Notes under the pieces: generated by a model
What the model was told of the DNA's origin: nothing
The model's database searches: none
What the model saw: the letters and a program-made list of their open reading frames with translations, nothing else
Made by a program: the position numbers and the translations under genes
In this document: piece by piece, positions 40,523-54,072 of the stretch
How the letters are laid out: the number at the start of each line of letters is the position of its first letter
Numbering within the stretch: position 1 is the stretch's first letter
Assembly: GCF_006345805.1 (NCBI RefSeq)
Contig: NC_043020.1
Span: 29,326,001 to 29,390,000 of the forward strand
Origin: Octopus sinensis
Lineage: Eukaryota
Direction: 5' to 3'
DNA length: 64,000 nucleotides

Positions 40523-42444
40523 GAATACGTGTGTATAAAAATATATATGCATACATAAATATATGTATATATATATATATACATATATTGTATATGTGCA
40601 AGTATATATATATATGTGTCTGTATGTGTTGGTATGTTATATATATATCATATATATATATATAATAGATAGATAGATAGATAGATATATATAGATAGAT
40701 AGATAGATAGATAGATATGCGTATGTGTATGCATATATATGTGGGTGTTGTGTATGTGTGTGTTTGTGTGTGCGTGCGTGTGTGTTTGAGTGTCTGTGTT
40801 GTGTGTATATATATATATATATATATTTCTTGCATATATATATATATAATATATTATATATATATATATATATGCAAGAAATATATATTTGCACGCAACT
40901 AATATGTCCATGTGTAATAAAACATCTGCAGGTGCAGTGAATGTTCGAAAATATGCAACGTGTGGAAAATGCTGGGGATTTTTCTTAATGGTGAAATAAA
41001 TACAAACATCTTTTATGAAAGAATCTAAACGAAATCTTATTCTCCCGTTCGTGTCTTCTTGCCATTCCAGAATAATACAGAATAAGATTGATGCTGGAAG
41101 CTTCTAGTTCTCCATACATTCATTCACATCTGCACTGAAAACTCACGCTTTTGCTGGAAATCTGCGAATTTGCAGATTTTCCCTCTGTTGAATTTACGTA
41201 CGAGTTGATGATAATCGACGATCGCAAAAATGTTACTCGCTGAGTGTACGATGTCGTATTTGATGTTGTGAGAAAGAAAGAGAGAGATGAAACCCCGAGT
41301 AAATATGAATGGCTTGGTGCACAGTGAAAACCCTTAATTTTTGCAAATGGTATTAAAATTGATAGAAAATACAGATAAGCACCCTGGAAATAACGCTTGG
41401 CAGGTCTTAGACAATATATCATAAACACAATGGCTTCTAATTTAAAGTGAAGGTCAGCAGTTTTTAAAGGGAAAGGAACGACTTCAGGGATTAAAAGGAA
41501 AAGTTGATTTCGGTGGGGTTTGAAGAGCCGGAACAAATACGGCAGAGCATTTCGGCGACGCTCTTGCAATGGTAGCGGCTGGCAGCCTTCAAGAGGCCAT
41601 AAGCATAACGTAAATAAATGTATGCAGTCGTTGTTCTCGAGGTTGTTTTATCCAAATACAAAAAGCATCAACAATGTCTAAGTTTCTACTTTCCAAAATA
41701 TATATTCACCGAATTAAAAGTTTCCAAATAATGGTAAAATTTGAACGGCAAAATGACAATTTGCAAAGCTGACCATAATCCAGTTAATCTACCTATCATA
41801 GCTCAGTTAATCTCTCCAGTTGCAATACCGCATTTTTATATACACCACTTCATCAAATTTTGTCTGAGTTTCAACAAGAGCAAAGATGTTCTCGTGTCCT
41901 ATTGCTTTAAGATTTGATCCCTTTTTGTACCTTTTTCGAAAATCAAAACAAGACAGGAAGATAGCAGCAGAGAACAACAACGAATCAAAGAAAGATGTGT
42001 GCAAAGCATGATATTTGAAAACTACGACCCATAAGACAAAGCTTTGCGATGGGTTGTCTGATGACCGTCATCTGGTAATGAAATAAAATTTAGCGTTTAA
42101 ACCTTCGCGCATATAATGCATCAGGACCGTACACAAAATTAGATGAAACCTTCTAGAAATTATATAGTCCAGGAGGCATAGCTCCATTGGTTTTCAACTT
42201 TTTATTCTCGCAAATAAAGTATTTAAATCTATTCGCCATATTCACTGAGCATCAACGATGTGATCCAGAATAAGGCTCAACTATAGACGAAAAGTCGGCT
42301 CCTTTGCAAAGCGAAAGTGAAAGCGAAACTAGAAATGACTATTAAAGACCTTGAAAGAGATCTTGCAGTCTTAGTTTACGTTTATGTTAGTTTACGATTC
42401 TAAAAGCATCATTCTTAAATTTACACTTTTGACCGTTAAACATG

Positions 42445-42476
<32 letters not shown>

Positions 42477-43278
42477 ATTTGTGTGTTGAAAAGTATGTAT
42501 GCATATGTGTTTGTGTTTATATATATAACACTCATATATATGCATATATTCACTATACATACACATACGTGTGCATATATTTGTGTGTATATACGGGTAG
42601 ATAGATAAATAGATATATGACATTTGTATACACATATGGCATTTGAGTGTATATATATATATATACGCGCAAGCATACGCACACACACGCATGTATATAT
42701 ATATATACATTCGCATGTATGTATATTTTGAACATTTGCATATATTCACGTTTTATAATGAGAACATACACACACACACGCACGCCACACCACGCACTAC
42801 GCACACACACACACCTCCCTCGATCCACCCGCCCAACCGCCCCCCTCCCCCACACCCCATACGCGGAGATGTTAGAAATATTGCCTTAAATAGAGAAATT
42901 TTATCAACGAAGCTGCGCTGCATATTCGGCTGCCATTCTGTATTATTGCACAAACATCCAGTGTCAACGTTTTCTCAATAAAAGCAATCGCCTGGCTGCC
43001 TGCCTGCAGAACATCGAACTAGCCACCGACTGAAGCGGCGCAGCTCCGCCTTCGCTGCCGCCGCCACCGCCACCACATCTACCTCATTCTCTCTTTCTCT
43101 CTCTCTCTTTCTCAACACACACACATACGTTGCATTCATGCATGCATACATAAACTCTTTTCCTCCTTTGCTGCAACACAGCCAACAGGTTGTCGCTGAC
43201 AATTTTGTGTGTCCGTGTGTCCGCCTTCGCGCGCGCGAGTGTCTGTGTGTTCGCGTGTGTGTGTGTGCGTGTGTGTGT

Positions 43279-43311
<33 letters not shown>

Positions 43312-43761
43312 CAATATGCTGCTGTTGACTCTATTACTACTACAAATAGTGTTTGGTTGGCGTGTATATGGCATATATATATACACACACACACATACGT
43401 ATATATACATATACACACACACATATACGTATGTATGTATGTATGTATGTATGTATGTATAATACCTTTGCGTGCACCTCGCGTGTGTATGCATGCATGC
43501 GTGCGGCCTGAGTATATGTATGTGTGTGTGTTTGCATGCATGTATCTCGACATGTATGTATTTGCGTGTTTGTGTGTTTGTGTGTGAATATATCTATGCG
43601 TATGATTGAGTGTGCATGTGTATGTATATGTGTGTGCTTGTGTGTGTGCGTGTTGTATGTGTACGTGTGTGTGTGTGTTTGTTTGCGTGTGCAAAATTAT
43701 GCACGCACCTTTACACGCTGCGTACTCGAAAATACCGTTCATAAATATGTTTAACAATCCT

Positions 43762-43776
43762 TTCCATATATGGTCA
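43762..43776. promoter_or_regulatory. extended CArG box TTCCATATATGGTCA
   Basis: Exact CArG at 43764-43773; reverse complement of 33023-33037. Confidence 0.45.
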
Positions 43777-44924
43777 ACTTTCATTCTTCTATGACCCGTT
43801 AGCAAATAGCACGCGACGTAAATATAGCTTTTCTCCGTCGATTTTTGTCTGATCACAACTCGCCTTGATTCATGCATGCACTCTCTACTCCGCACTATTT
43901 TTAGCACATCCACACACCCCACCCCAACCACTTTGCTTTTGCTTTTTGTTATTATTTTTTCCTTGTTTTCTATTCTTTTTTTCTCCTTTCTTTACATCTC
44001 ACTTCGTCTGCGTCTCTCGTTTTCTCTTTCTTTTCCCATCTTACACTTCTCAATATGTACGAACACTCAGACGAACATAAAAACATACACACTATCTCCG
44101 TCCTTCTTTTCTTCCTCATTTCTCGTTCTCTCTCTCTCTCTTTCTTTTTCATTAAAACCTGATTAGCTTTCTTTATTCAAATTTCCAGCTATCCCTGTGC
44201 GTTTAATTTTTGCATTATTTATCTTATTTCATTTTTACTAATTGACTGTCGGTATGTCTATCAATCTGTTTGCCTGTTTCTTCTGTCAATCCGATCGTCT
44301 GCTTGTCTTTCAATCTGTCTGTTCGTCTGTCGTCTGCAATGATCTGCTGGCCAGTGCTATGTACTGCCATATTCAGACCGAAGCTAACTAGACCAACGCT
44401 TTGGTGCAACAAATCCACGCATTTAATATAATGAAGGGGCAATGCTTTTGTCTTCATTCTTAAAAATATGGCTTCACCCACCCCAACACTTGGTACCCCA
44501 GAAACCGTTGCACATATGTCTGAATGGTCAAATAAAGATACCTGTGCATGCGTGTGTGTGCGTGTATATGTGTGTGTGTGTTTGAGGTGTGCTCATTCAT
44601 CTGTGTGTGTGTATATGTGTGTGTGCTAGTGAATGCGTGTGTGCAGTAATGTGCATTAATGGCCACTTGTTTTCTTTCATTCGGTCTACTTAAATATATG
44701 TGTGTCCATATGTGGTTATGTGACTGTGGAAGGACGTGCACGGGCGGGTAGGACTGACTGCACACACGCACACACACATATACGCACACAATACACATCT
44801 ATATATACAACAATAGGATTTGTAACAGAAATTATGCTAACACCTTATGTATGCGTATGTGTGTATATGTATTTGGATGCACAGATATTTGCACCTTTCT
44901 CTCTCTCTCTCTCTCTCTCTCTAT

Positions 44925-44971
<47 letters not shown>

Positions 44972-44986
44972 CAGACAGACACGTAA

Positions 44987-45081
<95 letters not shown>

Positions 45082-45814
45082 TCCACGCACAAACACACAT
45101 ATATATATACATATACACATTTGTGTGCATATTCTAATTGCACCATTTTGCACCTAATCTACAATGCACCATGGAGTCTCTTTGAGTTCACCTTTCAATG
45201 TAAAAACAGGAGTCCCCATACGAATTGCTGTATAATGTGAGAAATAGCAGCTAAATCTCCCTCAAATCACACTCCTTTAAAAACAATAAGTATGCATTGG
45301 ACAATGTATATCCTAGATACACTATGCCGAAAGAAATCAAAGGTGGGGTTGGCACGGCTGGAATGACTTTAATCATAAATCACGTTGGAGGCCAAGCTAG
45401 ATTCGGGGTAAACCTCATCAGGGTTTGGTCATGGCTGGAACTTCTTGGATCATAACGCTTTTTATTCTGGCACTGAGGAAATATTTACAAACCGCGATGC
45501 CATTGGAAGAGGCATGAAGGATCCGCTTCCAATTTTTTTTTCTTGAAATGACATGGCGTCCTCATAATTCTTAACCTGTTGCCAATTAGCAAATGCATTT
45601 TGTAGCAACGAAATGCAATATTATGCGTTATGTATTCGCTTTAATTTCAATATTAACATTTATGAGTCGATACGTTTTTATTGCAGAAAGTGGAAGATAT
45701 CTGATTAATTTTAAAGTGTAAACAAATTTGCTAATATTTCCATTGAATTAAAATATATATGGACCGTATGCATGAATGCACAATGTATGTACCTACGGTA
45801 CATATGTACGTGTG

Positions 45815-45874
<60 letters not shown>

Positions 45875-45875
45875 A

Positions 45876-45910
<35 letters not shown>

Positions 45911-46047
45911 GTGTATATATTTGTGTGTGTTTGTGTAAGTACGTATGAACGTACGTTTTCTCCGAATATTTATTTGCAAAGGTAAATTTCTAAATTAGTA
46001 ATCTACAACCGTAGCCAATAGTCGATTCATCTATGACATTAACAAGC

Positions 46048-46057
46048 CCTTATATGG
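46048..46057. promoter_or_regulatory. CArG box CCTTATATGG
   Basis: Exact CC(A/T)6GG, actin-promoter-type variant; motif only. Confidence 0.35.
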
Positions 46058-46860
46058 GCATCGAGTGTTTTAAAGAGCAAATAGTCAGCCTATGTTTGGG
46101 CACTTCCGGCTAATAATGTCCCCTGCGTCGACCTGGAATTTTCTGCATTCAGCTCATTATTTCGCTGTGTTTATCTGAACAGCTGAGCGCATAATATTCA
46201 TAATTCTGAGCAGAAAAATATTCCAATCCACGCTTAATGCCATACATAAGTGTGTGTGCGTACGTGTGTGTGTGTTTGTGTTCGAGGAATATATGCAGAT
46301 CAAAACGTTGTTTAAATATATGTGTATTAGCTTAGGAGGCTTAGATTCATCGCTCCAGCATGCTAATCAACATATGCATGTAAATCATCCGTATGCAATA
46401 TCTGCAACAATTAATTATCGCATTACTGTTTTTTAATATTTGAATTTCCTTTTTGGCGGGGCGGGAGGGTACGGGTACAAATAATGATATATATATATAT
46501 ATATATATAATATATATATATACATACACACACATTTATTTATATATCTATGTTCCAAATCTTTGTCTTTTTATTTGCACAAAATAATAATAATGATAAT
46601 AGTAATAATTATAATAATAATAATAACAATTATTATTGTTATTGTTATTGTTATTGTTATTGTTATTGTTATTGATAATGGCTGAAATAAATATGTATTG
46701 CTTTGTTTTAAATGCAACGTTTGCCCTGTTGCGTGATGCACTTAACGAATAGAATCCCCCAAATTAGGTTGATCAAACTGGCCAGGTGCCACAACATAAC
46801 CCGTTGTTTAACAGAAGCAAATGGACAAACTGGATGAGCAACACAAAGACTCTAAACGAT

Positions 46861-46897
<37 letters not shown>

Positions 46898-47643
46898 CAT
46901 ATATATATTTAGGTTGCAAATAGTAGAGGTTTTGCTCAGGTTTCATAATGTATGCATACACACACACACACACATACACACACATACACACACACAGAGA
47001 TATTCACTGAATATTGCATTGGGGTATACCTGAAGATTTTAGCATCCAGTGATTTCGGAAATTAATAGAAATTGATAGATTAAATTTACTAGAATCACGA
47101 AGCAGTCGTCAAGGTCTCTCCTGTTTATCATATATTCATATAAATGCATCTGTGTGTGTATGTGTGTGTGTGTGAAACAGAGGTTTACGTGCACCTAGAT
47201 TTGTGTCGACTGTGTCTACCGTTTGTTAAATGTTGGCAATCATTCGTTCTGTGTGATTTCTTTTCTGTTTTTACGGCTGCTGCCATATTTACAAGTAATG
47301 TTTCGCTGCCAATTTCCACCATAAAACAACAACCAATAAAACAATACGAAATAACGAAGTGCATAAAAGACAGCCCGCTCCCCAGCTTCATTTATTTAGT
47401 GGTCAGGTAGAGGTCAGCAATATGTATGGGCTTTGGTGAGTAGGTAGGTCGTGTGGGTGGGCGGGTAGGTGGGTAGGTCGGGTGTTGTCGGGTGGATTTG
47501 ATGGGGTGGAGGGAGAGAGAAAGACACATAGATTGCTCTTCGTTCGACAGGAAATGATTCCGTTTGTGTCAGTTTTACCTCGAACGGCTGCTTTCGACTA
47601 TCGAAGGATAGCAGCAGTGATTTCAACTGTGGCTGCATTGAAA

Positions 47644-47681
<38 letters not shown>

Positions 47682-48528
47682 GGTAACGGTAAAAGCAGCT
47701 CGATTAGCTTCCAACACAGATGGTCGAGGCAGCAACAGCAGCAACTGCAGCAGTAGTAACAGCAACAGTAGCAGCAGCAACAGTAGCAGCAGCAACAGCA
47801 CCAGCAGCAGCAGCAGTGCTAGCAGAGACTGTCACAGACAACAATTACCATTATTCTCTGTTGCCATAAAAGCTGTGTAGATTATTATTCGTGTTCTTGC
47901 TTTCGACTAACAATTCCTCTACGAAGGTCTCCTACACCGAGGCATGCACACATACACACACATACATATGCTCAAACACACACCACACACACCAACGCAT
48001 ACACTTGCACACGTATATATATATATATATATATATATTACACACACACATATATATATATATATATTATATATATATATATATTATATATATATACACA
48101 TATATATACATATATATATATACATATATATATATGTATATATATTATATATATATATAATATTATACATATACACATGCACACACACAACAACACATAA
48201 ATATTTAGATATATAGATATACAAACATTAATGCATACACGTGTGTGTATGTGTATGTGTATACATATGTATGTACGTATGTAAGTGTGTATGTATATGT
48301 ATACATACACATGTTTCATGAAATACACGTGTGTGTTCAAGATTTAGGTTGTTTTTGTTTGTTGTTTTTTTATATCGTCCATATTTCTTGATAGGAAAAT
48401 CTGAAAAATCTGAAGCAAAAAAGAAGAAACTGGAACACAGTCGTGTTTTTAATGAAATGTACTTGGAAGAAAATCTGCTCCAGCATGGTCGCAGCCTAAG
48501 AGCCGAACGTATAAAAGAATATATATAT

Positions 48529-48581
<53 letters not shown>

Positions 48582-48719
48582 TATATATATATTATATATA
48601 TATATATTCAAGAATCTCTGGAACTGTCTGACAAACGAAGAAATAACTCTTTGTCTCTTTTTTGTGACCGTTTTTAACTCTACGTAGAATTTAAATCTCA
48701 AAAGCACACACAGAGACAT

Positions 48720-48874
48720 TGACACATACATACACACTTACATGCATACATACATACATACACACATACATACATACATACATACACACATACATACATA
48801 CATATATACATACATGTATACATACATGCATACATACATACATACATACAAACATATATACATATATACATACA

Positions 48875-48908
<34 letters not shown>

Positions 48909-49589
48909 CATACATACATATATACATACATACATACATACATACATGTATACATACATATATACATACATACATACATACATCCATACATACAAACATA
49001 CATACATACATACATACAAACATACATGCATGCATACATACATACATACACACATACATACATCCATACATACATACATACATACATACATACATACATG
49101 TATACATGCATATATACATACATACATACATACATACATACATCCATACATACAAACATACATACATACATCCATACATACATACATACATACATACATG
49201 TATACATGCATATATACATACATACATACATACATCCATACATACAAACATACATACATACATACATACATACATACATACATACATACATACATACATA
49301 CATACATGCATGCATACAAAGATACATACATACATGCATGTATACATGCATACATACATACATACATACATACATTCACACACACATACATGCATTTGTG
49401 CAAATATACATATATACATACGCACGTACATGCACACATACATAGATACATATAAATATATATATATGTATAAATATGTACATATATATATACACCACAC
49501 ACACATATAGATGTACATATATATATATATATATTTACACATACATACATACATACATACATACATACATTCATACATATATACATACA

Positions 49590-49620
<31 letters not shown>

Positions 49621-49730
49621 GTACGTACATACATACATCCATACATATATATATACATACATACACACATACACGCATACGTATATACATCCATGCATAC
49701 GTGCATACATACATCCATACCATCATACAT
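48720..49730. repeat. ~1-kb (TACA)n-based array
   Basis: Direct reading; source of the 225-339 aa MYVC ORFs. Confidence 0.97.
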
Positions 49731-50500
49731 ATGTAAAATTTTAGCAGGACAAGCGACATAAAGGTTCTCTCATTGATTCCTAAATCCTGTTTTTTGTTGT
49801 TGTTGTTGTTGCTGTTGTGGCTCAGGTCGGTTCCATTCCTGGAGACTTATAAACATCAGAGTCCCAGTTGAGATTATCTGGTATTTTCTGCCATTGGCCT
49901 TTATCTCCTCCTGTAATTAAGACAGTAAGATATAATTTGAGAGCAATTTGACAACTTTATCTAGAAAGCAAAAATGGCTGCATAAAGAGGTTGTTACCCC
50001 CCCTCTACCATCACTACCACCACTTCCACCATCACCCGACTCGCTCCTATATTTCTAAGAAAAAGAACATTATGATCGACCTTTTCTTTGAGCAACGTGG
50101 CTCATTCCGTGTTCAACAGTTGACTGGTTCTTTATTTATTGACCACACCACCACCACCACCACCACCACCACCACCACTTGCCTCTGAAGAATGAATAGT
50201 ACACTTGACCTCGATGACATCTGAACTCTGCCGATAGAGAGACGGACCAAATTCCTCGAATGTTCAATCCGGTGCCCCAACAACTACATCAATGGTCAAA
50301 AAAAGTAAGTCCTGAGCTGCAATTGGACCGGTCACCAAGTTTCCATGACAAATATAAATGGCAGACATCTGACCATCTCCACTGTCGCAGAATGAATCGT
50401 TTACAGCTGAGTGAACTGGGGCAACGTGAAACGAAGTTTTTAGCTTGAGAAGAAAGTGCACTGCGCCGTCCAGAAACCGAAACCATGAACACGCGATAAC

Positions 50501-50719
50501 TATTTCTTTACCCACAAGGGGCTAAACACAGAGAGGACAAACAAGGACAGACAAACGGATTAAGTCGATTACATCGACTCCAGTGCATAACTGGTACTTA
50601 ATTTATCGACCTCGAATAGATGAAAGGCAAAGTCGACTTTGAACTCAGAACGTAACGGCAGCCGAATTACGGCTACGCATTTCGCCCGGCGTGCTAACGT
50701 TTCTGCCAGATCGCCGCCT
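50501..50719 (-). mobile_element. family A SINE, full length, 15-bp perfect TSD
   Basis: TGAACACGCGATAAC at 50486-50500 and 50720-50734. Confidence 0.93.
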
Positions 50720-51164
50720 TGAACACGCGATAACGTCGTCCAAACCACTTAGGTCACACGCCTCCATTAGTAATTGAACTGTGCTTTAGTTTAGGCCTCA
50801 GAAGCACAAAAGGCAAAATCTACCCCGATGGTTACTTGAACTCCGACAGCAGAGAAACGGAACAAATACCACAAGATATTTCACCCGATAAATCTAACCC
50901 AACAACTATACCAATACGCGCTGCCTCTATATCTCTCTTCGTTAATCTCATGGATATGTCGACTTTCGAAAACCTTCAGACCGGTTAGAAGGCAAAAGAA
51001 TATTCGAAAATATTCTATCCTGTGGTCGAGCGAACCTTTGCTTGCGAAAATATCTAATCTAACGTAAATTTTATTTTATAATCAAAAATTAAAACCGTTT
51101 CGTTTTATTCTCAGCCATTAATATTTCGTGGTGAGACCATTAACAACTAAAATATATACAAATG

Positions 51165-51543
51165 GATGGAAGCACTCCGTCGGTTACGACGACGAGGGTT
51201 CCGGTTGATCCGAATCAACGGAACAGCCTGCTCGTGAAATTAACGTGTAAGTGACTGAGCACTCCACAGACACGTTTACCTTAACGCAGTTCTCGGGATA
51301 TTCAGCGTGACACAGAGAGTGACAAGGCCGGCCCCTTTGAATACAGCACAACAGAAACAGGAAAAGAGTGAGAGAAAGTTGTGGTGAAAGATACAGCAGG
51401 GATCACCACCATCCCCTGCCGGAGCCTCGTGGAGCTTTTAGGTGTTTCGCTCAAAAACACTCACAACGCCCGGTCTGGGAATCGAAACCGCGATCCTACG
51501 ACCGCGAGTCCGCTGCCCTAACCACTGGGCCATTGCGCCTCCA
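51165..51543 (-). mobile_element. tRNA-headed SINE family C, full length
   Basis: Minus strand GGAGGCGCAATGGCCCAGTGGTTAGGGCAGCGG...GGTTTCGATTCCCAG (clear A and B boxes, tRNA-like). Diverged pieces at 5245-5280 and 24920-24990. Resembles the octopus OR-type SINEs (from memory). Confidence 0.88.
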
Positions 51544-51997
51544 CATATACAAATAGGTGACAAGAGAAAAACAATTAAATATTCGACGAAAAGTAAATGA
51601 CTTCGTTGACGAAAACGGGAGATAACTCTCTACTTGTTTTAACCTGTATTTTAAAAGCTTCTCAGCGAATTATCGAATGACCCGCTCAGCGGATTGTTAA
51701 CTTAGTGAATATAGTATATACCTCACAACTGTTCGTGTTGAGTGAGGGGGACGGTGCAGGGTTAGGTCTTTTTTTCTTTTGGATACCAAGTCTATCATAG
51801 TCTTTTGAAAATATTAGATAATATATGTGTCTGTCTATCTATCTATGTCTGTATTATGTATGTATGTATATTACATAAGAATATACGTATGATCGTGTAA
51901 GAAAAAAATATATATATATACGTACGTGCATATAATGCATATGTAGGTAAAAATTCCATGCATATACATACGTATATGTATCTCTCTTTCCTTTCTT

Positions 51998-52048
<51 letters not shown>

Positions 52049-52149
52049 ATAATATATATATATATATTATAATATATAATATAATACATATTTATATATA
52101 TATATATGCATATATGTATATATTATTTTTATAATTTATCTCTTATGTT

Positions 52150-52290
52150 TTTACCTCTTTCAGTTATTGGACTGCGGACATGCTGGAGCACCCCCCTAAA
52201 GCCTTTAGTTGAACAAATCGACACCTCAGTACTTATTTTTGAGCCTGTTATATCTTCTCGCATTTTTTTGCCGAACCGCTACGTTGGGGC
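52150..52290 (-). mobile_element. CORE-type SINE (family B) tail fragment
   Basis: GACTGCGGACATGCTGGAGCACC...TTTTTGCCGAACCGCTA is the reverse complement of the family B 3' half. Confidence 0.75.
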
Positions 52291-52297
52291 AGGGCAG

Positions 52298-52330
<33 letters not shown>

Positions 52331-52373
52331 ACACACACACACACACATTATAATTATACACGTAAGATATATA

Positions 52374-52609
52374 CAGTATAATCTCGACTATCGCGGGCGT
52401 TACGCCACTCCATCCCCGCGATAGCTGAAAATCCGTGAAGTAGAAACAGTACTATATTGTACATTTTTTACTATTATTTTTATAATTTGTATATATTTAT
52501 TTTATTATAAATGCAAAACAATACCACGGAGGAATCGACGTAAGCTTAAATAATAAACCGCGATAGGTGAACCGCGATAAGTGAACCGCGATATGGCGAG
52601 GGATTACTG
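52374..52609. mobile_element. Tigger/pogo-like MITE (Tc1/mariner superfamily)
   Basis: Imperfect ~24-bp TIRs CAGTATAATCTCGACTATCGCGG and CCGCGATATGGCGAGGGATTACTG, TA on both sides, AT-rich non-coding interior. Confidence 0.8.
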
Positions 52610-52970
52610 TATCATTAAACTAGCAGACAGACCACCCTTCGACCGTTTTTCTGTCACTAAATGATATTTATCCATTTGATTCCTTATTTGTCTTATTTGT
52701 CTAATTTTTCTTATATGTTTTGTCTAATTTCCCTTCGTATTCTTTATTAGTTTAATAATACTGACCCCCCTCAATGAATTTAGACCCTAACCCTAGAAAT
52801 GTGTCCCACTGAAGTTTTGTCCTCGTCGATCGAGTCGTTTACGAGTATGTCAGAACTAAATCTTTTGGGGAGATGAGTTTTGAAGAATTCAAGCGCCCCA
52901 GGTTTGTCTCCTCATAGCTTTAAGAAAAATGGATATTTTTAAATAATTTTTTTAAAAAATAACTTTCAGA

Positions 52971-53364
52971 GGCGCAGGAGTGGCTGTGTGGTAAGTAGCT
53001 TGCTAACCAACCACATGGTTCCGGGTTTAGTCCCACTGCGTGGCATCTTGGGCAAGTGTCTTCTGCTATAGCACCGGGCCGACCAATGCCTTGTGATTGG
53101 ATTTGGTAGACGGAAACTGAAAGAAGCCTGTCGTATATATGTATATATATGTATGTGTGTGTGTCTGTGTTTGTCCCCCTAGCATTGCTTGACAACTAAT
53201 GCTGGTGTGTTTACGTCCCCGTCACTTAGCGGTTCGGCAAAAGAGACCGATAGAATAAGTACTAGGCTTACAAAGAATAAGTCCTGGGGTCGATTTGCTC
53301 GACTAAAGGCGGTGCTCCAGCATGGCCGCAGTCAAATGATTGAAACAAGTAAAAGAGTAAAGAG
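52971..53364 (+). mobile_element. CORE-type SINE (family B), full length, short internal microsatellite
   Basis: GGCGCAGGAGTGGCTGTGTGGTAAG...CTTGGGCAAGTGTCTT...GGCGGTGCTCCAGCATGGCCGCAGTC...AGTAAAAGAGTAAAG. Confidence 0.93.
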
Positions 53365-53547
53365 TATAGTTTAAACTGCGATTATATAGGGATTTAGAGG
53401 GGAAAAATTAGTGATTTTCCCCATCGTTTTAATGATGTGACCAGGATTATGTTTAAAAAAATTACTTTTAAGATCCATGTGATCGCTGCTATTTCTAGCA
53501 TACTAAATGACTATGTGGGGACTGAACCATCTTTGAGTTTGTAGAAA

Positions 53548-53585
<38 letters not shown>

Positions 53586-53639
53586 TTAAGACTGCAATAA
53601 AATAATGAAAGCAAAATGTATTTAGTAATTAGTGACAGA

Positions 53640-53735
53640 ATACTCCCGAGGTCGACTTTGCCTTTGATCACTCTGGGGCCGATAAAATAAGTACCAGTTT
53701 CGCACGGGGGGTCGATGCAATCGACTTAGTCTTTT
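53640..53735 (+). mobile_element. family A SINE body fragment
   Basis: GAGGTCGACTTTGCCTTTGATC...GATAAAATAAGTACCAGTT...GGGTCGATGCAATCGAC. Confidence 0.75.
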
Positions 53736-53745
53736 CTTCCGAAAC

Positions 53746-53746
53746 T

Positions 53747-53820
<74 letters not shown>

Positions 53821-53860
53821 TTAGATAGATAGATAGATAGATAGATAGACAGATAGATAA

Positions 53861-53924
<64 letters not shown>

Positions 53925-54017
53925 TAGATAGATAGATAGATAGATAGATAGTAGATAGAATAGATAGATAGATAGATAGACAGATCGATCGATAGATAGA
54001 TAGATAGATAGATAGAT

Positions 54018-54071
<54 letters not shown>

Positions 54072-54072
54072 T
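53746..54072. repeat. (GATA)n microsatellite; similar arrays at 16018-16145, 19420-19520, 39135-39218 and 44987-45080
   Basis: Direct reading. Confidence 0.97.

Noticed and set aside
51470-51543. tRNA gene on the minus strand
   Set aside because: The tRNA-like head continues into a SINE body and tail, so it is a SINE head.
52784-52797. Telomeric repeat CCCTAACCCTAG
   Set aside because: Only about two units; not an interstitial telomere array.
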